Positions 7,061 through 17,414 of a stretch of 64,000 nt of DNA are shown here, one piece after another. The stretch's first letter is position 1; every line of letters starts with the position of its first letter. The notes beneath the pieces were generated by a model. The model searched no databases and was not told where the DNA came from. It saw only the letters and a list, made by a program, of their open reading frames with translations. The position numbers and the translations under genes were made by a program. This stretch comes from a virus: IMG/VR virus record IMGVR_UViG_3300022554_000003. One strand, written 5' to 3'.

Positions 7061-8929
7061 ATGAACATTGCACCGTTGTACGTACAGCCAGGGGCTTATT
7101 TTAAAATTGAGGATGTTTCTGCTCCGTTGGTTTCTCCTGGGGCTTTTTATCCTTTATTTGTAGGTCTCGGAAGAAAGGAACTTGATGTGTTAAAGGTTCT
7201 TACAAGAGGAACAACAGTTAATGGGCAAGATTTACTTACAGACGATGAAATAGTAATATCTCTGTTGAGTGTAATTGACTCAACTGGAGTTGTGTATATC
7301 AATGGTACAGACTTCAAGTTGACAGAAACTGGTGGTTCTTACTATGTAGATTGGAATATGCCGCAAAGCATTGTCGGTTCAGAGGTTGGCCCATTTGATG
7401 TGACAGCAACAAACAACACTATAAAAATAAATATTGATGGAGAAGAACAAACTATTTCTCTTACAGCTGGGATTGGAAGAACAGCGGCTCAAATTGCAAC
7501 TGATATTAATAATATAATGAATCCACTTCTTAGTTATAATGTTGCATCTGATGATGGTACTGGGAAATTAAAGCTTACAGGAAAACTTCTTGTAATGATT
7601 GAAGGTGGTTCTTCTCTTTCACTGCTTGGGTTTACAAAAGGCCAAAAGATAGAATCAAAAGAACCAGTGGCTGGAACTAAGTTTACTGTTGGATATAAAA
7701 GACACAAGAAAACTACAGAATATGTTCAAAAGTTCTTCACAAGATTGGAAGATGTTTATGCTGAATATGGACCACTTCAACTTCCGAATGAAATAGCGGC
7801 TGGAACAGTGACGGCGGTTTCTACTGGTGCAAATTTGGTGGACTCAAGTGCAACATTTATTACTAATGGAGTTAGACCAGGTTATTATGTGAAGATAACA
7901 AATGGGACTGGCGAAGGACAAATCAGAGTTGTGCAGACTGTTGCGAGCGAAACGGAACTTACGTTCTATCCAAACTGGGATGAAAATCCTGACACAACTT
8001 CTGAATATGTTGTCAATGATATCGGAAACTATGATATCTCTTGGGCTTGTTTCTACGCGAATCAAGGTGGTGCTCAAGCATTTGTCACTAGTCAGACAAT
8101 CGATGACGTTGTTGATGATAACAATTGGAGAAAGGCAATACAAAATACTGAGCAGTTAGTAAATGGTCAGCAAGGATATTGCTTAGTTGTTCTCAAAGGT
8201 CTTGACTTTGGAGATTCACTCGTCGGCTACATCAAGAATTATGTAGCAAAAATGAACTCCACAGTTGTCAATCAAGAGCGAACAGCTTTAATTGGAGTTG
8301 CGTCAAATATAACTTTCAGTAATGTACTTCAGTTAATTTCTGGAATACAAGATGAAAGAATTGGAGTTGTTGTAAATCCATATGTTAAGAACGGTACTAA
8401 CATCTTCGGCACTGAATATCTCGCTGCTTATATAGCTGGAGTATTTACAAATCCAGATTACGATGCCGGTGAGCCAATATCAGGCAAAATAGTTTCAGCT
8501 TTTGATTACATCGATGACCCATATTTGATGAATGAAAAGAGGCTTATAGGTCAAAACGGAGGTATACTTGTTCAGCAAGATGGAGCAGTGCAGAAGATAG
8601 TTCACTTCTTGTCCACGGACACAACAAGTGTAGTTAAATCTGAACTTAAGGTTGCTAAACAGAAAGATTCGCTTAAAAAGTCTATAAGAAAGAATCTTCA
8701 GGCTTCAATAGTAAATACAAGGTCTCAAGATATAACAATACCAAGAACAGAATCAATTGTGAGAATGATTCTTGAGGACAAAGTAAGAATCACAGAGATA
8801 AATACTTTCAAGAAGTTAGGAGTTGCATTCGAACCAAATGACCCAAGGCAGCTAAATGTATCCTTTGAATTTAAACCAACATTTGATGTTGACTGGATAC
8901 TAGTGACCTTTGGAGCAACAATATCCTAA
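7061..8929 (+). CDS. Tail sheath protein
   Basis: 622 aa, strong SD. N-terminal QPGAYFKIEDVS resembles the sheath PGVY motif. Followed by the tube, chaperone and tape measure genes in canonical order. Confidence 0.7.
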   Translation: MNIAPLYVQPGAYFKIEDVSAPLVSPGAFYPLFVGLGRKELDVLKVLTRGTTVNGQDLLTDDEIVISLLSVIDSTGVVYINGTDFKLTETGGSYYVDWNMPQSIVGSEVGPFDVTATNNTIKINIDGEEQTISLTAGIGRTAAQIATDINNIMNPLLSYNVASDDGTGKLKLTGKLLVMIEGGSSLSLLGFTKGQKIESKEPVAGTKFTVGYKRHKKTTEYVQKFFTRLEDVYAEYGPLQLPNEIAAGTVTAVSTGANLVDSSATFITNGVRPGYYVKITNGTGEGQIRVVQTVASETELTFYPNWDENPDTTSEYVVNDIGNYDISWACFYANQGGAQAFVTSQTIDDVVDDNNWRKAIQNTEQLVNGQQGYCLVVLKGLDFGDSLVGYIKNYVAKMNSTVVNQERTALIGVASNITFSNVLQLISGIQDERIGVVVNPYVKNGTNIFGTEYLAAYIAGVFTNPDYDAGEPISGKIVSAFDYIDDPYLMNEKRLIGQNGGILVQQDGAVQKIVHFLSTDTTSVVKSELKVAKQKDSLKKSIRKNLQASIVNTRSQDITIPRTESIVRMILEDKVRITEINTFKKLGVAFEPNDPRQLNVSFEFKPTFDVDWILVTFGATIS

Positions 8930-8947
8930 TAAAGGAGGATTAAGACA

Positions 8948-9478
8948 ATGGCTGAATTAAAGAACACAATTACATTACCAGAAACTCTCGCAAGACTAAA
9001 AATAGGTGTAGCAATATTCGGTGCACTGTATGATGGTACCAAAGAACTTGGTAATGAAGATCTTATGAGCGTTCCTCTTGTACAAATAGGGGCAGTTCGT
9101 AAAGTCGATTATACTAATGATAGAGGTGATATTAAGTATTACAGGACTTTTGGTCTAGAGAAGAATGGGGAAATTGATGAAACATACCCATCACTTGCAG
9201 ATTATAAATTAAAATTTGATACTGTTGTATTGTACAAAAAAGATTTTTTTACACAGTTTGGTTATGACTCTTCAGACATAATGTATCAAAGCAAACCAGC
9301 GATAATTCAGCTTGTTATGAAAGCACCTGGAGATATTCCGAAGAAAACATTAACTTTTGCTGGTGTTTGGTTTCAAAATAACCCAATTAATTTTGATGCA
9401 GAGGCCGATGACTTACTCATTACAAAGGAAATCAACGCTGCTGCTTCTCGAGTTATACCAAGCAATCCAAAGATTTAA
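8948..9478 (+). CDS. Tail tube protein
   Basis: 176 aa directly after the sheath gene, strong SD. Call is based on position and size. Confidence 0.6.
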   Translation: MAELKNTITLPETLARLKIGVAIFGALYDGTKELGNEDLMSVPLVQIGAVRKVDYTNDRGDIKYYRTFGLEKNGEIDETYPSLADYKLKFDTVVLYKKDFFTQFGYDSSDIMYQSKPAIIQLVMKAPGDIPKKTLTFAGVWFQNNPINFDAEADDLLITKEINAAASRVIPSNPKI

Positions 9479-9519
9479 ATATTAGTTTTTAAAGAACCAA
9501 GAGCTGATTGGAGAGATAT

Positions 9520-10197
9520 ATGGCTAATCTTAAAAATACCATTACCATCCCTGAAACAAGAGCAGAGATGATTCAAAGCCATAGCTTTAAAACCTATATT
9601 TATCCTCAACTATTTAATTTGAGTAAAATTGGGAGTAGAGCTATATATGAAAATTTCTCTGACTTATTTGGGCAATCGGTAAAAATAGACAATCTTATCG
9701 GTGGTATATTAAATGTAAATAAAGACTTTGCTAAGACCGTAATGCAAAGAAGGGCACTTGGTCCTTTTTCATATGAAGCATATCAAACAATACCAACTGC
9801 ATTAGATTACAATTTAACACTGGATAAGGTTGTGTATTACAAACCAATTAACAAGAATGATGTCACTAAAGCTCTTGAGATTGAAGGAAATGGATTAATA
9901 AAGCAATTCGTTCCACTTATGCTTCAAGAAACTGTAAAAAACCCAGACGGCACTATTAAAGAAAGCACTTTTTATTATGATTGTTGGATAACAAAAGAGA
10001 ATGTTAATCTTGATTTACAAAGTGAAGATATGATAGTTATAAAAAAGCTTACAATAAAGCCAAACAGTATCATTACTTTACAGAATAGCAACGTTGGATA
10101 TGTGGAAGTTTTGGGTAATTTTCAAGCTGTTATGCAAGACATTATATCTAACCAAAATACATTTTTAAAAGATTTTAAAATACCATTTTTATCTTAG
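9520..10197 (+). CDS. Tail tube paralogue / tube-like protein
   Basis: Start moved to ATG 9520. N-terminus MANLKNTITIPETRA matches MAELKNTITLPETLA of the preceding gene. Confidence 0.55.
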   Translation: MANLKNTITIPETRAEMIQSHSFKTYIYPQLFNLSKIGSRAIYENFSDLFGQSVKIDNLIGGILNVNKDFAKTVMQRRALGPFSYEAYQTIPTALDYNLTLDKVVYYKPINKNDVTKALEIEGNGLIKQFVPLMLQETVKNPDGTIKESTFYYDCWITKENVNLDLQSEDMIVIKKLTIKPNSIITLQNSNVGYVEVLGNFQAVMQDIISNQNTFLKDFKIPFLS

Positions 10198-10207
10198 GAG
10201 GCAAGGT

Positions 10208-10654
10208 ATGGCAGAAAAACAGATTAGTTTGGACGAAATTCGTAGAAACATCATCGGGCAGGAAGAATTCACGTATGTTATCGAAAGAAAAAAGAAAGAA
10301 GGGGATAAAGAAGTTCCGGATGGTAATTCTGTTGTTATTAAGATGAAAGCTCTTACTGGTGAAGAGCGTTCTGTACTCGAAAATCTTTTAAAATCTAGAA
10401 TTCCTGAGATAAACAAAGATTTTCAAAAGTACACTGAAGAGATGAGATACCTTGTTCTTTCGAGGGCCATCACAAGCATTTCAATGCTTGTTGCAGAAGG
10501 TGGCAAAACAGAGGAAGTAAAGGTAAATATTGAGAATAAAGATGCGGTTGAGAAGTTTTTGAGAGGGCTAACTTACTATACTATACTTGCTTTGTATACA
10601 AAATATGAGGATTCTTCAAGTCAGATATTTGATGATTTAAAAAAAAAGGACTGA
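10208..10654 (+). CDS. Tail assembly chaperone (short, gpG-like product)
   Basis: Lies between the tube and tape measure genes. Ends just after the slippery run TTA AAA AAA AAG. Confidence 0.6.
   Translation: MAEKQISLDEIRRNIIGQEEFTYVIERKKKEGDKEVPDGNSVVIKMKALTGEERSVLENLLKSRIPEINKDFQKYTEEMRYLVLSRAITSISMLVAEGGKTEEVKVNIENKDAVEKFLRGLTYYTILALYTKYEDSSSQIFDDLKKKD
10642..10648 (+). promoter_or_regulatory. -1 programmed ribosomal frameshift heptamer A AAA AAG
   Basis: Classic X XXY YYZ site within a 9-A run, 4 nt before the chaperone stop. The -1 frame is open for 85 further codons. Confidence 0.55.
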
Positions 10655-10905
10655 TTGAACATCCTTATAGTAGAGAAAGTTGGTATATCTGCAAAAAATT
10701 TAGGTGTTTACCTACTGAAGATAGATATAAACAACTTACTCCGTTTCAAAGACTTTGGATATTAAATAATATGGAAAAAGATGCGGATGAAGAAAGACAG
10801 TTCTATGAAAGTTTATCAAACAGTGGCAAGAACACTATGACCTTTGGTAAAGACGAAGGTCCTGGATATGAAACAGTTGTAAGTGAGTTGAAAAAAATAA
10901 TGTAA
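10648..10905 (+). CDS. -1 frame extension of the tail chaperone (gpGT-like long product)
   Basis: No early ATG. The -1 frame reads GLIEHPYSRESWYICKKFRCLPTEDRYKQLTPFQRLWILNNMEKDADEERQFYESL... up to TAA 10903-10905, just before the tape measure start. Confidence 0.5.
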   Translation, partial: GLIEHPYSRESWYICKKFRCLPTEDRYKQLTPFQRLWILNNMEKDADEERQFYESLSNSGKNTMTFGKDEGPGYETVVSELKKIM

Positions 10906-10915
10906 GGAAAAGCAA

Positions 10916-12679
10916 ATGGCAGAAGGCGATGCAGCAAAAACAGCTAAAGAGTTAGCCGAAGTTGGACAACAATTAGATTTAGCTTTGTCTTCTAATAAGG
11001 ATAATTTTTACAAACTTATTTCTATAATGGAGACTCTCGGGCCAGAGATTGAAGCAAATAGTGAAGAACTCGAAAGGCTTGCTGAAAAATATGGAACTAC
11101 TGTCGATTCTATTAATAAAATAAAAACAGCAACAGATGAAAGTATAGAACGTAGATTGCTTGAAGGCAATCTTGTAAAAGCGAGGTCTCAGAAAGAACTT
11201 CAAATAATTGTCAATCAAATGGAACATCTCGAAAAATTAGAAAAAAGTGGTAAAATAAAATTATCAGAATTACAAAAAGCTATAATTCGAAGTCATAAAT
11301 TTGAGTTAGAACAGAACAAAATAAAAGTTAAGATTATGGCTGCTGAACATGGTGGATTGTGGAAAATGTTTTCTGCTAGAATGTTAGATGTTCAATCAAA
11401 GTTTCAAGAAGGGATGCATAAATTTTTTGGAATTTCTGTAAAAACAGATTCTGCTCTTTCAAAGACTGCCGGAAGTCTGACGTTAGTTGGAGTTGGTTTA
11501 ATGATAGCAATGTCGGCATTTCAGAAACTTACAAGAAGAATGGAAGAAGTTAGCAACGCGACATTAAGAGCCGGTGGATTTATGGGAAGAAGTTGGGCTG
11601 CTCAAGCTATATATGCACAATCATTTGGGATGCAGATGACAAAAGCAGCTGGTTTTGGGATGACATTTAATCAATTGATGGACGCTTTTAAAGATGCTGT
11701 TAATAATGGTGCCATTGCGCTTGCAAAAATGACTCTTGAACAAGAAAAAGCCTTAACTGGAACTTCACAAGATCAAGACCTTTTAATAAGTAAAACGATA
11801 CAAGCATCTGCTGAATTGCAAAAGATTGGGACTGCGATATTTGGTTCTACAGAGTTTATGCCACAGATTATAAAGAATGCGAAATATTTTAGATTAAATC
11901 TTACAAATGAAGTTCAAGCTATGTTAATGCAAATATACACAATTGCAAAAGATAGTGGAGTTTCGTCACAGTCTTTGATGAATGTTATAAGCGCTGCCGG
12001 AGAAAAGGCATTTATGACAGGGCAAAATATTATGGAGACTGTGAAGGCAATGAGTGCTATTGAAATTGCATTTAGTGAAGTCACAAAAAATGCAGCAGAA
12101 GCTGAGGCATTATTTGATGCACTTGGAAAGGCTGTAAGTGGGTTTGATACGATAAAATATATGGCTGTTATGAACACTAATGCTGCAAATATTGGAGAGC
12201 AATATGGAGAAGCATTAAAAAAAGGACCAATACAAGCATTAAGTGCTTATATCAATACACTTGCTGGGCAAATCGGTGGTCCTAACATTGCAGAAAAATT
12301 GGCTCTTGCAATGCCTGAAATTAGGCAAATGGGAGCAAGTGGAGTTGCTCTCATGAAGGCAATCACATCAAAAGGATTTCAAGATAGAATTGCTGGTGTT
12401 AAAACAGAAGAGGAATTTAAAGAAGCATTGTTATCGACCGGAAAAGTTTCTGAAGAAATCGCTGGTATAGGTGCTGCCGCTTTGGCTGGCAAAGATGTTC
12501 AGGAAAAAATATTAGATGTAATAACAAAATTACAGTCAGTCGTTCTTGATGGGTTTGCAACTTTGATTCGTATTCTTCCTGGGTTTAATAAAGAGGCTGA
12601 ACTTGGAAGATTTTTAAAGAATGCATCATTGGAAAATGCCAATAAAGGCACTAAAATGATTAAGGAGATTAAATACTAA
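10916..12679 (+). CDS. Tail tape measure protein
   Basis: 587 aa. Helical and Ala/Gly-rich with internal hydrophobic segments. Canonical position after the chaperone. Confidence 0.75.
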   Translation: MAEGDAAKTAKELAEVGQQLDLALSSNKDNFYKLISIMETLGPEIEANSEELERLAEKYGTTVDSINKIKTATDESIERRLLEGNLVKARSQKELQIIVNQMEHLEKLEKSGKIKLSELQKAIIRSHKFELEQNKIKVKIMAAEHGGLWKMFSARMLDVQSKFQEGMHKFFGISVKTDSALSKTAGSLTLVGVGLMIAMSAFQKLTRRMEEVSNATLRAGGFMGRSWAAQAIYAQSFGMQMTKAAGFGMTFNQLMDAFKDAVNNGAIALAKMTLEQEKALTGTSQDQDLLISKTIQASAELQKIGTAIFGSTEFMPQIIKNAKYFRLNLTNEVQAMLMQIYTIAKDSGVSSQSLMNVISAAGEKAFMTGQNIMETVKAMSAIEIAFSEVTKNAAEAEALFDALGKAVSGFDTIKYMAVMNTNAANIGEQYGEALKKGPIQALSAYINTLAGQIGGPNIAEKLALAMPEIRQMGASGVALMKAITSKGFQDRIAGVKTEEEFKEALLSTGKVSEEIAGIGAAALAGKDVQEKILDVITKLQSVVLDGFATLIRILPGFNKEAELGRFLKNASLENANKGTKMIKEIKY

Positions 12680-13221
12680 TGAGCTATCTTTTAAAAAACA
12701 GAGATTTAATATTATCTATAAGAGAGAAGAACGAGGAGACAGGCGAGTATGAGCAAGAGATAGGTAGAGCTGTATTTTTAGCTAAAACAATTAAGTATGA
12801 TATGAAGCCAAGTGGTTCTGAGTTTTTTGGCATTAAAAAAGCAGATACATCGCAGTGGTATTCTTCAGAAGTTGAGATAACCATATCTGGGGACTCATAT
12901 GTGTCTCCATTTGTCATACCAACACCAATTAATTCAGATGATACAATAAAAAATATTTATAATTTGTATAAGAGTAAGTTTTATGAAACAAATTTTACAT
13001 TATTTAAATATAAATTTTTCTTGGAAATAAAGAATATGCCTCTTGGTGAAAGTCTCTACAAAGGTATTATAACAAGTTTTACATGTGATGAATCTGATGA
13101 ACATCTTGGATTGGTAAAGTTTGATATCACATTTTTAGGAAAGCCAGAGCAACAAGACAAAGTAGAACAGGGAGTTGCTGGATATTTAAATGATTTATCT
13201 TTAAAAACGAGGTTATTATGA
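12679..13221 (+). CDS. Tail/baseplate protein (distal-tail-type position)
   Basis: TAATG overlap with the tape measure gene. 180 aa. Confidence 0.6.
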   Translation: MSYLLKNRDLILSIREKNEETGEYEQEIGRAVFLAKTIKYDMKPSGSEFFGIKKADTSQWYSSEVEITISGDSYVSPFVIPTPINSDDTIKNIYNLYKSKFYETNFTLFKYKFFLEIKNMPLGESLYKGIITSFTCDESDEHLGLVKFDITFLGKPEQQDKVEQGVAGYLNDLSLKTRLL

Positions 13222-16199
13222 ATATTGAAGCAAAGGTCTATAGACTTAATAGCCAAAATGCAGACATAAGAAAAATTTTGGAATATAACTTTTTTGATTA
13301 TGAGGACAGCGATTCAAGCTATACATTTTGGAGAAATGCCTTTACGGTCATTCAAATGCAAGGGCAACAGAAAACTGAACAACAAAGAAAAAGAGATTTA
13401 TATCTTGATTATTATACTAAAGCTTTAGATGATATGATAGACCTTGCGAAAGACGAAAATCAATTTTATATTGAGGAGTTTGACATATCAAAACAAATTG
13501 AAGGTTATGTCATCAACAAACAATTGAACGTTGTCTTTAAAGTTCAGAATATTGTATTTAAACAAACATCAGATTTTCTGATAAGAGATAATGATTTAGT
13601 AGTAATTAAAGAAGATGGCAAAGTAGTTTTAATAGGATTTGTTGTTTCAGTTTCTACTGAAATTAGTTATGGGGAATTCCCATCAAGAGATGCTTCAGTA
13701 GGGGATATAGGATATTTATATAACATAGCTCATACAGTTGCTGATAGGGCTGTTGCAAACTATGCAGTATCTGGAAGAGATACTAAAGATCTTGAAGAAA
13801 ATGTATTTTCGGATATATATAATAATTTCAATGTGTTTCAAATTATAAAGAGAATTCTTGTGAATTACATGTTTGCTGTAGAATCTAAATCGGATGTTGA
13901 AATAAACACTGTGAATTATTATTTTGATGCTAAAGCATTCAATGAATCTTTTGCAAAGTCAACAGATAAAAACCCAGCTTCATTTGCAATAATATTTGTG
14001 TTTTTAAGACTGATGCAAAAATATGGAGAGTATACTGGTTTTGGAGATTTTCAATGGGCAAAAGTCGAACATGGAGAACATAAAGCTTATAATGAAATGA
14101 TAACAAGTAATTTTGAATTATTTAGGCCATCTTTTAAAACTGCTGCCTCGGTTTTTGAAGATGTGATTAAGCAAGGGATGTATAACTTTTTCGTAGATGT
14201 TGATGGTAAATTTGTAGTTCGTCCACCGTTATATAATTACTATGGTCAATTACCAGAAGACAATGTAAAAGATTCAGCATTAATATTGACTAACAATGAA
14301 AATGGCGAACCAATATATGTATTGAATCCAGCATATAGTCACTATATTAAAGAAAGCGAGATATTATCTGAAAAACTTACTTTTGATAATGCTGACATAA
14401 AAACGAGAACTGATGCTCAGTTCGTATGGCCATTTGTAGGACAAGTAGATTGGAAGCCTACATTTTATATTGATGTAAAAGGTTTGGTCAAATATGGTTT
14501 TCGAAACGGAGAACCATATACAAATCCAAATGCTACATCATCTGAATTGGCAACGCTGCTTGCTGCGATGAACAATGTTATAGAAAATAGTATGACGAGA
14601 AAATTAGAGATTCAAGTAAAAACTCAAGATATTGATAGATTTAAAATAGGAGAAATGTACTATATAGAAAAGCCAATTGAAGGTGCGGTGAACTCCCTGG
14701 GTGAAAAAACTGGGTCATTTGGATATTTGATAGATGTTGAGCGTTCAGTTGAATATGGAAAATATCCTTTAACGAAGTTGACGTTCTCTTATTTGAGAAC
14801 AATGGAGATGGTAGAACCAAAAGCTGCAAGTAATAAGTCTGCTGGAAATATTGTTGATATTATAAATATTTATAGAAGATATGGAATATTTCAAAATATA
14901 GCAACTTCAAGATTAACGTCTGCTGAATACAAAAAAAAATCTAAGCAGCAAATAGATGCATTTTATGATAAGATAAAAGATAAAAAACTGATTCCAGCGT
15001 TTAAAGTATTACCATCAATTCTTGATTTTATAAAAATAACATATGAAGATACACAAATTGCTCAAAAAGCAAAAACAAGAAATACTCAAATACAAATAAA
15101 AGAGGCAGACTCAGCTCAGCTTGATAGCGATGGAACAACATACAAATCTTTTAAAGTGAAAATGCAAAGATTTTTCGATGTTAAAGTAAATAATGGAACT
15201 ATATATGAAGTTAACAGTAATCCTAAATTTTCTACATTTACAAATGCAACCGAAGCATTCAAGCAAAACATACAATATACAAAAAATTTGTATAAATCTT
15301 TCGCCGGTAAAACAATTAATCATCATGGATATCCGTTTAAGATATATGAAAATGATAATGTAAACTTGGATATATATAATATGGATACAGGGTATGACCA
15401 AATGTTAATAGGATTTGTCAAACAACTGCTTTTAAATAGAATTGTAGAATGTGATGCGGACATGAAGACTGTTTTTGAAGCAGCATTGAGAAATTATGAT
15501 GGTGGAATAACACCAAATTTAGTTTATATGCCAAATTCAGCTCTTAAAAAATTTGCTATTAATACATCTTTCTCTTGGGAAAACGACTTTGTTAGAATAA
15601 CAACCACAGATGTTGCTTCGCTTGTAAACTACAGATATTCTGCAGGCAGTGCTCCAAATAATCAAACAAGATTTATTTATAATAGTAATGGTTCATATAT
15701 AGTCCATCCACAGTTTTTTTTGACAATGGATATGTTGCAATTGAACATAATGCTTTCAAAAGCAAATACTGTAAGTGCTGAATCTATTGACAAAAAACTA
15801 AATAATACAAGTCAACATCTTTTGGAATCGCATCAACAAGGAAGGGCTATAGATATTCATATTCCAGCAAGAGGGGCAAATCCAGGTAAAGCTCAATTTT
15901 TATATCCATATAGAGAGTTCATGCCTTTGTCTGATGATAATGTTGTAAAAACTACAATTACATACAAATCTGCATTTTATGATTGGTTTGAAGGAATATT
16001 AATAAAGCATTTTGATGTTGTAAAAAGATATCCAATGATTCAATTCGATATATCTCCGTTAAACTTAAAAGATTCAACTGGTGCACCAATAACTATATAT
16101 TATGCTGATGTATATCATTTAGAAGTCTTAGGAGACAATTATCAACAGATAGCAAAAGAATTACTTAAAGTTGGTAATGCATCTTCTGGAATCATATAG
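13218..16199 (+). CDS. Large baseplate hub protein with C-terminal LAS/M15-like metallopeptidase motif
   Basis: 993 aa, ATGA overlap. ESHQQGRAIDIH resembles the SxHxxGxAxD zinc-ligand motif of VanY/M15 peptidases. A later YHLEV may supply the last His. Confidence 0.6.
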   Translation: MNIEAKVYRLNSQNADIRKILEYNFFDYEDSDSSYTFWRNAFTVIQMQGQQKTEQQRKRDLYLDYYTKALDDMIDLAKDENQFYIEEFDISKQIEGYVINKQLNVVFKVQNIVFKQTSDFLIRDNDLVVIKEDGKVVLIGFVVSVSTEISYGEFPSRDASVGDIGYLYNIAHTVADRAVANYAVSGRDTKDLEENVFSDIYNNFNVFQIIKRILVNYMFAVESKSDVEINTVNYYFDAKAFNESFAKSTDKNPASFAIIFVFLRLMQKYGEYTGFGDFQWAKVEHGEHKAYNEMITSNFELFRPSFKTAASVFEDVIKQGMYNFFVDVDGKFVVRPPLYNYYGQLPEDNVKDSALILTNNENGEPIYVLNPAYSHYIKESEILSEKLTFDNADIKTRTDAQFVWPFVGQVDWKPTFYIDVKGLVKYGFRNGEPYTNPNATSSELATLLAAMNNVIENSMTRKLEIQVKTQDIDRFKIGEMYYIEKPIEGAVNSLGEKTGSFGYLIDVERSVEYGKYPLTKLTFSYLRTMEMVEPKAASNKSAGNIVDIINIYRRYGIFQNIATSRLTSAEYKKKSKQQIDAFYDKIKDKKLIPAFKVLPSILDFIKITYEDTQIAQKAKTRNTQIQIKEADSAQLDSDGTTYKSFKVKMQRFFDVKVNNGTIYEVNSNPKFSTFTNATEAFKQNIQYTKNLYKSFAGKTINHHGYPFKIYENDNVNLDIYNMDTGYDQMLIGFVKQLLLNRIVECDADMKTVFEAALRNYDGGITPNLVYMPNSALKKFAINTSFSWENDFVRITTTDVASLVNYRYSAGSAPNNQTRFIYNSNGSYIVHPQFFLTMDMLQLNIMLSKANTVSAESIDKKLNNTSQHLLESHQQGRAIDIHIPARGANPGKAQFLYPYREFMPLSDDNVVKTTITYKSAFYDWFEGILIKHFDVVKRYPMIQFDISPLNLKDSTGAPITIYYADVYHLEVLGDNYQQIAKELLKVGNASSGII

Positions 16200-16207
16200 G
16201 TGGATAA

Positions 16208-16927
16208 ATGTTCAGTTTGGCAGAAATTAGGTCAATAAACGAAGCACTTAACAAAATCAAGATAAGGGACCTATACACTGGTGCCGTCTATGATGTTGAC
16301 TTGAATAATCATATTCATTTTCAAACAATGCCGTTGGTTAAAGACATAGTATTATACTACAATTATGATGATAAAATATTTAAGATCGTTAAAATATGGC
16401 AAATTGATACTGATCCACAAAAGCGAGCTGGGGAATATCTTCTTAAGAGTGGAGAGCTTCAACTACAAGGGATTTATGGACAGTACATTTATTTTGACAA
16501 TAATGGTGCTATTAAATTTGTTGATTCAACTATGCTTAATGAATTTGAACTAAATCTTAATGGGTATATAGCAACACTCAAAGAATATACATTAACAACT
16601 TATGATGGTGTTAGAGTAAATATAGATAAGGATATTAAGATTTTTAGAAGTGGTAAGGAAAGAATAACAGTCGATGAAAATGGAGAGGTAAAGCAAGATA
16701 CTGTATTTGAGGCAGTAATAAATGATGATGGTATAAAAGTTGTAAGTCCTAAAGTAGAATTGACAATAACGAAAGATGGAGTTATAACACTTAAAGGTGA
16801 GAAAATAAATTTTGGGAATCAATTATATGGTAATGTTGTGACATCTGGGCCAAATGGCTCATTTCCAATATGTCCAGTTACTGGTTCTCCAATACAAGGT
16901 AGTCTCAAAGTAAAGGCGGAGAAATAA
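16208..16927 (+). CDS. Baseplate central spike / gpV-Mu gp45-like protein (tentative)
   Basis: Lies between the hub and the gp25-like gene. C-terminal ICPVTGSPIQGS resembles spike-tip motifs. Confidence 0.45.
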   Translation: MFSLAEIRSINEALNKIKIRDLYTGAVYDVDLNNHIHFQTMPLVKDIVLYYNYDDKIFKIVKIWQIDTDPQKRAGEYLLKSGELQLQGIYGQYIYFDNNGAIKFVDSTMLNEFELNLNGYIATLKEYTLTTYDGVRVNIDKDIKIFRSGKERITVDENGEVKQDTVFEAVINDDGIKVVSPKVELTITKDGVITLKGEKINFGNQLYGNVVTSGPNGSFPICPVTGSPIQGSLKVKAEK

Positions 16928-16928
16928 T

Positions 16929-17414
16929 ATGGCACTTAAAATAGACCAAATCATCAACTTACGGGATTATTCAGACAAGGAGCAGTACGAATCTCCGGCA
17001 GATAGAAATATTATTGAAGTTATGAAGACGCAAGCTGCTACAATACAAAACAAACAAGATGTTATAAATGCACTCGAAGAGATGAAGAAAATCATTACAT
17101 CGAACAAAAATAATCTCGACAAGACTTTGCAGAACACAAAAGTAGCTCAAGGTTTTATCAAAAAGGAAGTTGATACTTTAGAGGAACCTAACACTTTGAA
17201 TGTGTTATACGCATCGGGGATAAGCTCTCAAATATTGTCTATATGCGCAGCTGAATATAATCAATACTATTCACGCATTCAAGAGTTGCAGTATAGACTT
17301 AATATACTAAGTTATAAAACCATATTTATAGAGCAGCAACAAAAGTTGGCAGATCAAAAGATTGATTTAATCAACAAATACATAATTGCTCTGAAAGAAT
17401 TGGAGGCTTCATAA
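16929..17414 (+). CDS. Hypothetical baseplate-module protein (coiled coil)
   Basis: 161 aa, SD upstream. Confidence 0.55.
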   Translation: MALKIDQIINLRDYSDKEQYESPADRNIIEVMKTQAATIQNKQDVINALEEMKKIITSNKNNLDKTLQNTKVAQGFIKKEVDTLEEPNTLNVLYASGISSQILSICAAEYNQYYSRIQELQYRLNILSYKTIFIEQQQKLADQKIDLINKYIIALKELEAS

